A stretch of DNA of 64,000 nucleotides from Eubacteriales bacterium (lineage in GTDB: Bacteria; Bacillota; Clostridia; Oscillospirales; CAG-272), in assembly GCA_045635885.1 (NCBI GenBank), contig JAZTWO010000065.1, positions 3,306 to 67,305 of the forward strand. The letters run 5' to 3'. The translations under genes and the position numbers were made by a program. Under the pieces are notes generated by a model that was not told the DNA's origin, did not search any database, and saw only the letters and a list, made by a program, of their open reading frames with translations. Shown one piece after another: positions 8,991-18,113 of the stretch (position 1 is the stretch's first letter; each line of letters opens with the position of its first letter).

Positions 8991-9079
8991 TTATTTTTTT
9001 GATTTGTAATCGAAATTACATTACGTCAAAGCACCATCTATTATAGCAAATAAATGGTGCTTTGTCAAGAATAAATATA

Positions 9080-11251
9080 TCAAATTCTTCTGATTTTTTG
9101 ATTTTCTTGGGCGGGGGTGTGATTTTTGTATGCGTTTATCACGCAATCGACATCTTTTGCGCTTTCGGTTGAGAAAATGAAGTGGCAATTTGTGATTTTG
9201 GCACGGGAAAGCTCGTCTTCTCTATCAGCCATATAGGTGGGGGCGCTATTATATATCACATTGCGGTGTTCGAATTCACGCAAAATGGGGAAGGAAATTC
9301 CTCTTCTATCTATAATGATTGCTTGACCCTTTTCACAATTTTCGCAGCTTGTTACTTCCTTTGAAACGCATTTTTCAAGGAGCATAAGGGGAATTCTGCC
9401 ATAAATTATTGCAGAAGTGTCGCCCTTGACATCACGAATTTGTGGGATTGTGAGCTCGGGGGAGAGAATTATGTTTTCAATGCCGAGATTTTCAAGTTTT
9501 GTGACGGTTTCGTTATTATAAACGTTGAAACGGAAGTCACCGTGAACGGTAAATCCGAGTTCTTTTGCGAGCTCAAGCGCACCGAGGTTGCCGACAAGGG
9601 CATATTTTGCTCCGTTTTGCTTTGCTTTTTGGAGCATTGATTTAACCTTTGCAATTTCGCTATCCAAAATCACGGGTGGGAGAATAATTCCCTCGCACTC
9701 ACCGTTATAATTTTGGAGCGGGAGATAGATTATATCAAAATAATCTTGTGCGATACTTGTGATTTGGTTGGGGTGATAAAATCTTGCCGAGCGCATTGTC
9801 TTTTTCTCGCTTTGGGGAGTGGTTGGAAGGTATTTGTCGAAGCCAACTCGCTCTTTCTGCTCGCCCTTGAGTGCTTCTTCAAGCATTTGGCACGCATTTC
9901 TGCGCAATTCGTTGAGGGCGGAGATGGGGAGCATAACCGTATCGTCATACGCAAGGGAAAAATCTGCAAGTTCAAAACGCGTAGCACCGAATTTGGTGAG
10001 ATTTTTTTTGATATTTTCGGGAGAGAGGGGGGCATTTACTGCTTTTTCGGGGATTTGACCATAGGCGGTAATCTCAACTTCTTCGCACGTGAGGGTTAAT
10101 TCGATTGGCCTGTCGAGATAAATGCGTGCAAAGGCATTGATTTTTGTCTTTTTGGGGGTTATTTCATCAATTTTCTCGCTTGAATAGAGGGTGGTTTTGG
10201 AAATGCTCTTTTCTTCGTCACTTCTGATGCCGAGCATTGATGAATTTATTTTTCTGTTATAGTAGCCCTGTGTGAATCCACCACGGGAGAACACTCTTGC
10301 AAGGGCGGATAATTCTTCGACGGTGGCGTTTTTGCCCTCGTCAAGAAGGGTGCGAAAGGCACGAACTACACCGTAAACGTATTCGGGGGATTTCATTCTG
10401 CCCTCGATTTTAAGTGACTGAACTCCGCAGTCGATAAGGTCGGTGATGTGTCCCGCCAATGACAAATCCTTTAAGGAGAGGGGGTAGCTCTGCTTTCCGT
10501 TTTCGTCGGTGTAGGGGAGGCGGCAGGGTTGGGCACATTCGCCACGGTTTCCACTTCGTCCACCAACGATTGATGAGAAAAGACATTGTCCTGAATGGCA
10601 TACGCAGAGCGCACCGTGGGTGAACATTTCAATTTCGATGGGAGAATTTTTAACAAGGTATTCTATATCGTCCTTGGGCAATTCTCTTGCGCAAACCATT
10701 CTTGAAAAGCCGTGATTTGCAAGTAACTGCGCCTGTGCAAGATTATGTCCCGACATCTGCGTTGATGCGTGAAGCTCAAGGTTTGGCAAATGCTTATGAA
10801 TGGCTGCAGCTCCACCAATGTCTGCAACAATGAGTGCGTCTGCACCTGCTTTATACACAAATTCTGCAAAGCGAAGATAATCCTCAAGCTCACGGTTGTG
10901 AACAAGGGTGTTTAGCGTGATATACGCCTTTCTGCCACAGGAGTGCAGCATATCAATTGCCTGTTTTAACTCTTCGTTAGAGAAGTTTTTGGCATTAATT
11001 CTTGCGTTAAAATCGCCACCACCAAAATAGACCGCATCTGCACCACCTGCAATTGCCGCCTTAAGTGCCTCGAAAGAGCCGGCAGGGGCGAGCAATTCGG
11101 GGAGCTTTTTGTCCGTTTTTTTATCGGTTCGTGCGATTATGGTTGCGATGTCGGTTTTGGTAATCGGCTTATCTTTATTTAATTTTAAAGCCCCACCGTT
11201 TCGTTGGGGCTTTGAGTTATTTTGTTGAAATTTGTTTCGTTTGTTTTTCAT
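9080..11251 (-). CDS. peptidase U32 family protein (long form with C-terminal extension)
   Basis: PELLAPAGSFEALKAAIAGGADAVYFGG N-terminal barrel motif and the U32 signature EMFTHGALCVCHSGQCLFSS. The start is uncertain because no clear SD precedes ATG 11251. Confidence 0.85.
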   Translation of the reverse strand: MKNKRNKFQQNNSKPQRNGGALKLNKDKPITKTDIATIIARTDKKTDKKLPELLAPAGSFEALKAAIAGGADAVYFGGGDFNARINAKNFSNEELKQAIDMLHSCGRKAYITLNTLVHNRELEDYLRFAEFVYKAGADALIVADIGGAAAIHKHLPNLELHASTQMSGHNLAQAQLLANHGFSRMVCARELPKDDIEYLVKNSPIEIEMFTHGALCVCHSGQCLFSSIVGGRSGNRGECAQPCRLPYTDENGKQSYPLSLKDLSLAGHITDLIDCGVQSLKIEGRMKSPEYVYGVVRAFRTLLDEGKNATVEELSALARVFSRGGFTQGYYNRKINSSMLGIRSDEEKSISKTTLYSSEKIDEITPKKTKINAFARIYLDRPIELTLTCEEVEITAYGQIPEKAVNAPLSPENIKKNLTKFGATRFELADFSLAYDDTVMLPISALNELRRNACQMLEEALKGEQKERVGFDKYLPTTPQSEKKTMRSARFYHPNQITSIAQDYFDIIYLPLQNYNGECEGIILPPVILDSEIAKVKSMLQKAKQNGAKYALVGNLGALELAKELGFTVHGDFRFNVYNNETVTKLENLGIENIILSPELTIPQIRDVKGDTSAIIYGRIPLMLLEKCVSKEVTSCENCEKGQAIIIDRRGISFPILREFEHRNVIYNSAPTYMADREDELSRAKITNCHFIFSTESAKDVDCVINAYKNHTPAQENQKIRRI

Positions 11252-11257
11252 TCTAAA

Positions 11258-11983
11258 TTAGATGTCGTCAAAAGAAATCATGTCGAACATTGCACGAACC
11301 TTTTTCTTTTTGAGCATTACCTTGGGCTTTTCTGCTGCAGGAGCTTCGGGGGCGGGTGCTTCTTCAGAGGGAGTTTCTTCAACTGCTTCTTCAACTGCTT
11401 CTTCAACGGGAGCTTCTTCGGTAGGGTCTTCTTCAACAACCTCTTCGACGGTTTCTTCAATGGGAGTTTCTTCGGTTGCTTCTTCAGAGGGAGTTTCTTC
11501 GATTGTTTCTTCAACAACCTCTTCAACAACCTCTTCCACAACCTCTTCAACAACTTCTTCAACTACCTCTTCAACTACTTCTTCAACTACTTCTTCTGCG
11601 TTGATTTCGTCGAGGCGAATTTGATCGGCAGATGCTTTTTTTGTTGCTTTGCTTGTTGTTGCGCTTAACGTTGAACGAAGTGTTTCAAGCTCTCTTTCAA
11701 GGGCTGCAATTTCTCTTGCGGCGGATTCGTTAAGAATGTTAAGGCGTTCAACCTCACAATTAAGATTTTTAATTGTTTTCTGAAGCTCGATTTTTGCCGC
11801 ACAATAATCAAGGCAAACAAGAATTGCCGCATTTGCTCGTGAACATTCGCCTTTGCTATGTAAATAGATTTCACGAATCTTTCTGTCAACGATACCAACT
11901 ATGGCATCAATGTTTTCACGAGGCTCGTCTGTGATAATATTAATCTCGGAATTTGCAACTGTAAGAGTGTATCTCTGTTTCAT
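11258..11983 (-). CDS. zapA: cell-division protein ZapA with a long acidic low-complexity C-terminal tail
   Basis: N-terminal ~100 aa are ZapA-like (MKQRYTLTVANSEINIITDEPRENIDAIVGIVDRKIREI...), followed by a coiled coil. I set the start to ATG 11983, 8 nt after GGAGG. The tail is (EEVV)n and EETP-rich. Confidence 0.75.
   Translation of the reverse strand: MKQRYTLTVANSEINIITDEPRENIDAIVGIVDRKIREIYLHSKGECSRANAAILVCLDYCAAKIELQKTIKNLNCEVERLNILNESAAREIAALERELETLRSTLSATTSKATKKASADQIRLDEINAEEVVEEVVEEVVEEVVEEVVEEVVEEVVEETIEETPSEEATEETPIEETVEEVVEEDPTEEAPVEEAVEEAVEETPSEEAPAPEAPAAEKPKVMLKKKKVRAMFDMISFDDI
11506..11597. repeat. tandem 12-nt repeat (about 7.5 units) encoding (EEVV)n in zapA
   Basis: The + strand reads ttcttcaacaac / ctcttcaacaac / ctcttccacaac / ctcttcaacaac / ttcttcaactac ... 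Confidence 0.9.
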
Positions 11984-12162
11984 AATGGAAAACCTCCAAA
12001 TCATTTTTTTAAAAAACTGTTTTTGCTCTTGAAAAAAAGAGTAAAAAGTAGTATAATAAATATAACTGTATTAATTATAATACATAAAATCGATTTTGAA
12101 AAGGGTTTATGCTAAAATTTTTCAAAAAAAATTAAAAAAACATAAAAAATGAGGTCTTTTTC

Positions 12163-13323
12163 TTGACAAATTTACTTATTAAGCTATTCGTTAAGGATTT
12201 TGACGACGTCAAAAGCAGATCCGTGCGCCAAAATTATGGCACAATGACGAGCATTGTTGGAATTATTATCAACTTTTTGCTCTTTGTTGGCAAGTTTGCC
12301 GTGGGTACGCTTTTTGGTTCGGTGGCGATTTCTGCGGATGCTATTAACAATCTTTCTGATGCGGGCTCATCCTTTATCTCGCTAATCAGCTTTAAAATTT
12401 CATCAAAGCCTGCCGACCGTGAGCATCCTTTTGGACATGCACGAATCGAATACATTGCCTCGATGGCGGTTGGGGTTATTGTTATTTTTATCGGCTTTGA
12501 TTTATTGAAGGAATCGTTCTTTAAAATTTTGACTCCGAGTCCCATGACCAAGAGCTTTATTGTTCTTGTGGTGCTTGGTGTTTCAATTTTGGCAAAGCTT
12601 TGGCTTGGGATTTTTTATCGCAGTATTGCAAAGAAAATCAATTCCGAGATTTTAAAGGCGGCAAGTGCTGACAGTTTTTCTGACGTGCTTTCAACAGGTG
12701 CTACGCTTATTTCTGCGGTTATTTGGATGACTTTGGATTTGAATATCGACGCATACGTTGGTCTTGTGGTTTCGATTTTCATTATTATTGCAGGACTTAA
12801 AATTCTTAATGAGAACAAAAATATCATACTTGGCTCTGCGCCCGACGAAGAAATTATTGGATTGATTAAAGAAAAGGCGCTTGAGGACCATAGAATTATT
12901 GGTATTCACGATCTTATGGTGCATTCATACGGCGCAGGGGCGACTATTGCTTCTTTTCATGCCGAGGTTGACGGAAAAAGCAACTTTTTTGAGGTGCATG
13001 ACTTGATTGACAATATTGAAAAGCAGCTTTATTCCGAATACAACATCACCTGCACAATACACATGGACCCTGTGGTGACGGATGATGAAAAAATTAACGC
13101 ATTGAAATTAAAGGTTGATGGCGCAGTGAAGTCGGTTGGTGAAAACCTTCGTTTTCACGATTTCAGATGTGTTGAAGGTCCAACACACACAAATCTTATT
13201 TTTGACATTGAAATCCCCTTTGAAGAAAAGAGGGGGAACAAGGAAATTCTTGCGCTTGTAGAGGCGGAGATTAAGAAAATCGACAAAACTTATTTTGTCG
13301 TTATTAACGTTGACAGAGTTTGA
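12163..13323 (+). CDS. cation diffusion facilitator (CDF) family metal efflux transporter
   Basis: Six TM helices with SADAINNLSDAGSS (TM2) and a HPFGHARIEY loop. C-terminal cytoplasmic domain (HDLMVHSYGAG...FHAEVD). TTG start as given in the ORF track. Confidence 0.85.
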   Translation: MTNLLIKLFVKDFDDVKSRSVRQNYGTMTSIVGIIINFLLFVGKFAVGTLFGSVAISADAINNLSDAGSSFISLISFKISSKPADREHPFGHARIEYIASMAVGVIVIFIGFDLLKESFFKILTPSPMTKSFIVLVVLGVSILAKLWLGIFYRSIAKKINSEILKAASADSFSDVLSTGATLISAVIWMTLDLNIDAYVGLVVSIFIIIAGLKILNENKNIILGSAPDEEIIGLIKEKALEDHRIIGIHDLMVHSYGAGATIASFHAEVDGKSNFFEVHDLIDNIEKQLYSEYNITCTIHMDPVVTDDEKINALKLKVDGAVKSVGENLRFHDFRCVEGPTHTNLIFDIEIPFEEKRGNKEILALVEAEIKKIDKTYFVVINVDRV

Positions 13324-13353
13324 TACATAAAAATTTTCGAAAGGGGGTAAAAT

Positions 13354-14355
13354 ATGGCAAGACGTATTGGCATTGATCTTGGATCGGCAAACACTTTGAT
13401 TTATCTTGAGGAAGCGGGAATAATTCTTTCTGTTCCCACGGTTATTTCTATAGACAAAAATAGCGGCAAGGATCTTTGCGTTGGTGTAAACGCCAAAAAG
13501 ATGCTTGGCAAAACCCCGAAAAATATAAAGGTGTCGCGTCCTGTAAGAGAAGGTGTTATTGCCGATATGGATGATACAACCTTGCTTATCTCCAGGTTGC
13601 TTGAAAAGGCGGAGCTTGTTTCTTTCCTTTCAAGGCCAGATGCGTACGTTTGTGTTCCAAGCAAATGTACCGAGGTTGAGCGACGTGCGGTGCAAACTGC
13701 CATTTATGAGGCAGGAACAAGAAATGTCAGTCTTGTTCAAGAGCCATTGGCTGCAGCCATTGGTGCAGGACTCAAGGTTCTTAGCGCAAAGGGTTGCATG
13801 ATTGTCGACATTGGAGAGGGAACAACTGAGAGTGCAGTTATTAGCCGTGGCGATATTGTGGTTTCTCGCTCACAAAAGATTGCAGGCGCAAATCTTGACA
13901 AAGCGATTATCAACTATTTCCACAATGAACGTAGAATTGAAATTGGCGAGCTCACTGCAGAAAGACTTAAAATTAAGCTTGCAACTGCACATCCTAAAAT
14001 TGACAGGGGAGAGGCGCAGGTTATTGGAAGAAATCTTAACAACGGTATGGTTATTTCTTCAACTGCGACAAGCAAGGAAATTTATTATGCGATTAAGCCC
14101 GCATTGGCTTCGATTGTTCATCAAATTAAACTTACGCTTGAGGCAACTCCTCCTGAACTGACAAGTGACGTTTGTGAAAATGGAATTGTGCTTACGGGTG
14201 GTGGCGCTTTGATTCCTGGACTTGCGGAATACATTAGCTCTGAACTTAGAATCAAGGTAAGTGTTGCTCCAAAACCTCTTGAAAGTGTTTGCGTTGGTAT
14301 TGGCAGAATGATTGAGAGTCGTGGCGAGCTTAATAAAATTTTGTATAGAGATTGA
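13354..14355 (+). CDS. mreB: rod-shape-determining actin homolog, MreB/Mbl family
   Basis: IGIDLGSANTLIY phosphate-1 motif, MIVDIGEGTTESAV phosphate-2 motif and GIVLTGGGALIPGL adenosine motif. 333 aa. Confidence 0.9.
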   Translation: MARRIGIDLGSANTLIYLEEAGIILSVPTVISIDKNSGKDLCVGVNAKKMLGKTPKNIKVSRPVREGVIADMDDTTLLISRLLEKAELVSFLSRPDAYVCVPSKCTEVERRAVQTAIYEAGTRNVSLVQEPLAAAIGAGLKVLSAKGCMIVDIGEGTTESAVISRGDIVVSRSQKIAGANLDKAIINYFHNERRIEIGELTAERLKIKLATAHPKIDRGEAQVIGRNLNNGMVISSTATSKEIYYAIKPALASIVHQIKLTLEATPPELTSDVCENGIVLTGGGALIPGLAEYISSELRIKVSVAPKPLESVCVGIGRMIESRGELNKILYRD

Positions 14356-14383
14356 ATTATTATTTTAAAGAAAGGGATTGGAT

Positions 14384-15820
14384 ATGGTATTTTCATCAAA
14401 CGAGTTTTTGTTTTTATATTTGCCCCTTTCTTTTATTTTGTATTTTATTACTCCCATAAAATTCAGAAACCTTGCACTTTTTATTGTTAGCTTGGTGTTC
14501 TATGGTTGGGAAAAGCCAATTTACCTTTTGATAATGCTTTTTATCATTGTGGTAAACTATGTTTTTGGCTATCTGATTGACAGCGCAGGCGAGGATGCTT
14601 CAAAGAAAAAGAAGATGTTGATTATCGGTGTTGCGATAAATATTGCGACGCTTGGATTTTTTAAATACACTGACTTTTTGATTACAACTCTTGCACGAAT
14701 TCCGTTTCTCTCTTCACTTGAGCCGATTGGAATTGCGCTCCCGATTGGAATTTCGTTTTATACCTTCCAATCAATGTCATATATAATCGACGTTTACAGG
14801 GGTACGTCAACTGTTCAAAAGAAGTTTAGTAACTTCGGCGCGTACGTTTCTATGTTCCCCCAATTGATTGCGGGCCCGATTGTTCGCTATTCGGACGTGG
14901 ATAGGGAGCTTAACGAAAGAAAGCACACGCTTGATGAGAGTGCGGATGGCGCACGTCGATTTGTTGTCGGCCTTGCCAAAAAGGTGCTTCTTGCCGACAC
15001 TGCCGGCGCTATGTGGGAGCAGATTAGGGATATTCCGAGAGGTGAAGCGAGTGTGCTGATCTTGTGGCTTGGAATTATTCTTTATGCATTCCAAATTTAT
15101 TTTGATTTTTCGGGATATTCTGATATGGCTATTGGGCTTGGTAAAATTCTTGGCTTCCATTTCCCCGAAAACTTCAATTATCCCTATATTTCAAAGAGTA
15201 TTACAGAATTTTGGAGAAGATGGCACATCACTCTTTCGACTTGGTTTAAGGAGTACGTTTACATTCCCCTTGGTGGCAACCGCAAGGGAACAAAGCGTCT
15301 TGTTTTGAATTTGCTCATAGTTTGGGCATTGACGGGGCTTTGGCACGGTGCTTCTTGGAACTTTGTTTTGTGGGGCTTATATTATTTTGCTTTGCTGGTG
15401 ATAGAAAAACTATTTTTGTCGAAGTGGCTTGAGAAAATTCCTGCGGCACTTGGTCATATCTATGCTTTGTTTTTCATTTTGATTGGTTGGCTCATTTTCT
15501 ATTTCAAGAGTGATCTTGGTGGGCTTAAGGAATTTTCATCATATCTTTGCGCTATGCTTGGTCTTTCGGGCTTGCCCTTGGCAAATGGGGAATTCACCTA
15601 CGTTTTTGTTAGAAATTTGTTCCTTATCTTTGTTCTTTGCTTTGCTTGCACGCCCTATCCAAAGGAGCTTTTTGCAAGCGTGAAGGCAAAGATGAACGGA
15701 GAGGGTAAAAGGTTTATTTTTACCGTTGTGTTTGATATTTTGATTGTTGCAATTTTTGCTCTTTGCATTGTGTATATTTCATCTTCGGAATACAGACCGA
15801 ATATTTATTTTGAATTTTAG
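14384..15820 (+). CDS. MBOAT-family membrane O-acyltransferase (AlgI/DltB-like)
   Basis: MVFSSNEFLFLYLP N-terminus, typical of this family. FWRRWHITLSTWFKEYVYIPLGGNR contains the catalytic His. Many TM helices. I preferred ATG 14384 over TTG 14378. Confidence 0.88.
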   Translation: MVFSSNEFLFLYLPLSFILYFITPIKFRNLALFIVSLVFYGWEKPIYLLIMLFIIVVNYVFGYLIDSAGEDASKKKKMLIIGVAINIATLGFFKYTDFLITTLARIPFLSSLEPIGIALPIGISFYTFQSMSYIIDVYRGTSTVQKKFSNFGAYVSMFPQLIAGPIVRYSDVDRELNERKHTLDESADGARRFVVGLAKKVLLADTAGAMWEQIRDIPRGEASVLILWLGIILYAFQIYFDFSGYSDMAIGLGKILGFHFPENFNYPYISKSITEFWRRWHITLSTWFKEYVYIPLGGNRKGTKRLVLNLLIVWALTGLWHGASWNFVLWGLYYFALLVIEKLFLSKWLEKIPAALGHIYALFFILIGWLIFYFKSDLGGLKEFSSYLCAMLGLSGLPLANGEFTYVFVRNLFLIFVLCFACTPYPKELFASVKAKMNGEGKRFIFTVVFDILIVAIFALCIVYISSSEYRPNIYFEF

Positions 15821-15831
15821 GGGGACGGGAT

Positions 15832-16173
15832 ATGGAGCAGTTAGAAAAAAAGCTTTTTACCAAAAATGATGCCTCGTTTATTTGTGCTCACTGTGGAAAA
15901 GAGGTTAAGCCCCTTGGATATTCATCAAGAAATCACTGTCCTTTTTGCTTGTGGTCTCTCCACGTTGACAACAACCCCGGTGACCGTGAAAACACCTGCC
16001 GTGCACCGATGGAGCCGATTTTTGCGGAGGTTGATTCCAAAAAAGGCTTTGTTATTGTGCATAAGTGCACAAAATGTGGCGAGATTAAGCGCAATCGCTC
16101 GGCACATGAGGCGAGTGTGCAGCCCGACAACAGAATGTTGCTTATAAAATTGACTGCAGGTCAAAGAAGTTAA
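15832..16173 (+). CDS. RNHCP-domain zinc-ribbon protein
   Basis: FICAHCGKEV ... YSSRNHCPFCLWSLHVD ... HKCTKCGE. The literal RNHCP motif and paired CxxC knuckles are present. Confidence 0.8.
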   Translation: MEQLEKKLFTKNDASFICAHCGKEVKPLGYSSRNHCPFCLWSLHVDNNPGDRENTCRAPMEPIFAEVDSKKGFVIVHKCTKCGEIKRNRSAHEASVQPDNRMLLIKLTAGQRS

Positions 16174-16180
16174 ATAACAA

Positions 16181-16210
16181 AGACGGACTTGAAAAGTCCG
16201 TCTTTTGTTT
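16181..16210. terminator. bidirectional terminator between convergent genes
   Basis: Stem agacggactt / aagtccgtct, followed by tttgttt. It overlaps the stop of the - strand gene. Confidence 0.8.
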
Positions 16211-17072
16211 ATTTTTCAGTTTCTGTTTCTGAAATTTCTTCGATTTCTTCTATTTCTTGAATTGGGGAGTTGAGTTCGTCCCATTCTTTCTTTGAATAGA
16301 AGCTTGCGTTATTCGCAAATCGAACAAGCTCAAGGGCGACGATAATGGATATTATCAAAACGATTATCATTTGATAAAATCTTGTATTGTCCCCAAAATT
16401 ATTTTTGTGGTGGGCGATAATGTATGCCACTGAAAGAGAAATGCCTGTGTGGAGTGTGATGAGCATTGAAAAGAAATGCCATCTTGAATGCGTTCCCTCA
16501 TAAAGTCTTTTTGCTTCATATAATATATACGTCATAAATGCCATTGAAAATACTGAAAAAAGTATATTTTCCACCGAATTGACGTGACGCATATAATTTG
16601 AATTATTTAAAAGCATTGTTATTATGGGGAAGAGTGCGGATGCGTAGGTGAGAATGATTTTTGTGCTGCTTGATTTATATCCGTTTTTGGCATTACAAAT
16701 CAAAACGTAAATTGCGAAAGCGAACGCACCGTAAAAGCTCCAGATGAGGATTATGCTTGTGAATTTAAGAAATCCCACGAGAACTGCCACAAAAATGGCG
16801 ATTGCCGCAAGCATTTGCGGGATTTGGATTGCGCCCACGTCATTTGTTGTGTATATTATTGTCTTTTTATTGATAATCAAGGCTGTGGCAAACGAGGTGG
16901 CAATTCCCAAAAAGTAGAGTATTGAAAAGAGAATGGGGGAAGTGCCTTGTGTGAAATACCCCTCTGTAAATTCAAAGCAACGAATGAATGCCACAGTTAA
17001 GAAAAGGGTTGAAAGGGTGGTTAATCCCACCGAGGCATATGTGAATATTTTGATTTTTTTCTTGATGTCCAT
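16209..17072 (-). CDS. polytopic membrane protein of unknown function with an acidic C-terminal tail
   Basis: About 8 hydrophobic helices from MDIKKKIKIFTYASVGLTTLSTLFL onward. C-terminus is EIEEIEEISETETEK. I chose ATG 17072 as the start because GGAG lies 9 nt upstream. The upstream 159 codons of the listed ORF lack coding character. Confidence 0.6.
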   Translation of the reverse strand: MDIKKKIKIFTYASVGLTTLSTLFLTVAFIRCFEFTEGYFTQGTSPILFSILYFLGIATSFATALIINKKTIIYTTNDVGAIQIPQMLAAIAIFVAVLVGFLKFTSIILIWSFYGAFAFAIYVLICNAKNGYKSSSTKIILTYASALFPIITMLLNNSNYMRHVNSVENILFSVFSMAFMTYILYEAKRLYEGTHSRWHFFSMLITLHTGISLSVAYIIAHHKNNFGDNTRFYQMIIVLIISIIVALELVRFANNASFYSKKEWDELNSPIQEIEEIEEISETETEK

Positions 17073-17157
17073 ATTTTGCTCCATTAGTGATTTTACATAA
17101 TTATAGACCATAATTGTTAATAAATTGTTAAAACAGAGTGATTTTGGTGATTTTTTA

Positions 17158-17280
17158 TTAAAATGTGATAAAAAACTGTGTTTTTGAGTTAAATTTTGGG
17201 GCAAAAACCTTGTAAAAATGATAAAAATCACCTGTTTTTGTGTATGTTGTATATTTTTGGCGGTAAAAATGTGTGAAAAT
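17158..17280. repeat. three imperfect direct repeats (period about 51-54 nt) in the divergent control region
   Basis: 17158 ttaaaatgtgataaaaaactgtgtttttg; 17212 gtaaaaatgataaaaatcacctgtttttg; 17263 gtaaaaatgtgtgaaaat. Confidence 0.55.
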
Positions 17281-17306
17281 TCTACGAAATCACTATATAA
17301 AAGGTC

Positions 17307-17335
17307 TTGATTTTGGGGCTGATATATGGTATAAT
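17307..17335 (+). promoter_or_regulatory. sigma-A-type promoter, likely driving the S10 operon
   Basis: TTGATT, a 17-nt spacer, then TGgTATAAT (extended -10). This would give a leader of about 320 nt before rpsJ. Confidence 0.6.
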
Positions 17336-17663
17336 TGCTCTGCTTGATATGCGATGAAGCGAGAGGTTGCTGCGAAAGCAGGTAATTTTCGTGGAGTATG
17401 TCCGTTAAACGGGCGCAAAAATTCCTTAAAAGGTTAGGGAGCTTTGTGGATTTCCGGAGTTTGTTGGCACAAAAATGCCTCAAAGTCCGTTTTTGTAAGG
17501 AAAAACGCAAAACACCCGACACCGTGTTCAAGGAAAATGCCCCACTCAATATCGCAGGTGGCGAAAAACACTACATTTATTATATATATGCGTGTGCGAA
17601 CACAATATATAGTGAACTGGTTGAAATCGCCAAAAGCGAAATCTTAAAAGGAGGCACAAGAAA

Positions 17664-17975
17664 ATGGCAGTAAAGGAAAGAATCCGTGTTAGACTTAAGA
17701 GCTACGACCACAAGCTTATCGACACAGCGGCTGAAAAGATCGTTGAAGTTGCTAAGAGAAATGGCGCTACAGTTTCCGGTCCTATCCCGCTCCCCACAGA
17801 GAGAGAAATTATCACAATTCTCCGTGCGGTTCACAAATATAAGGATAGCCGTGAACAGTTCGAGCTCAGAACACACAAAAGACTCATTGATATTCTCAAG
17901 CCCTCTGCAAAGGTTGCAGAAGCTCTTATGAATATTGAATTGCCCGCAGGCGTTGAAATCGAAGTTCAGGTTTAA
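17664..17975 (+). CDS. rpsJ: 30S ribosomal protein S10
   Basis: [20 protein letters not shown]...GPIPLPT. AAGGAGG RBS. First gene in the conserved S10 operon order. Confidence 0.97.
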   Translation: MAVKERIRVRLKSYDHKLIDTAAEKIVEVAKRNGATVSGPIPLPTEREIITILRAVHKYKDSREQFELRTHKRLIDILKPSAKVAEALMNIELPAGVEIEVQV

Positions 17976-18113
17976 TCAAGCACTTCGTTTCATAAAATGC
18001 AAACACATTTCTAGTACAAAATTGTCGCACGGCGACACTTTTGTCGGTCAAGTTGGCGTAGCACGAAAGTGAAATACAAAGCGTCAACCAATAACCTACA
18101 GGAGGAACACAAA

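Noticed and set aside
11222-11668. ORFs 11222-11668, 11262-11624 (+) and 11317-11562 (-), with Phe/Asn-, Ser/Thr- or Lys/Leu-rich repeats.
   Set aside because: These are alternate readings of the 12-nt tandem repeat inside zapA. The repeat keeps all frames open.
12005-12162. Looked for a NiCo (czcD) or other metal riboswitch upstream of the CDF transporter.
   Set aside because: The region is almost pure A/T with no GC-rich helices, so it looks like promoter sequence only.
17085-17549. N-terminal 159 codons of the listed 446-aa ORF (16209-17549, - strand).
   Set aside because: This part is hydrophilic and of odd composition. It runs across the repeat and promoter region upstream of rpsJ and has no RBS. 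The membrane protein most plausibly starts at ATG 17072.
17342-17663. Tested the long rpsJ leader by eye for RNase P, SRP, tmRNA or 6S RNA signatures. I also noted a DnaA-box-like tgtggattt.
   Set aside because: The universal motifs are absent (no GAGGAAAGUCCGG and no SRP GGAA tetraloop context). The end-to-end pairing needed for 6S is only patchy. A single near-DnaA box is not an origin. The region is kept as an unexplained leader in the findings.
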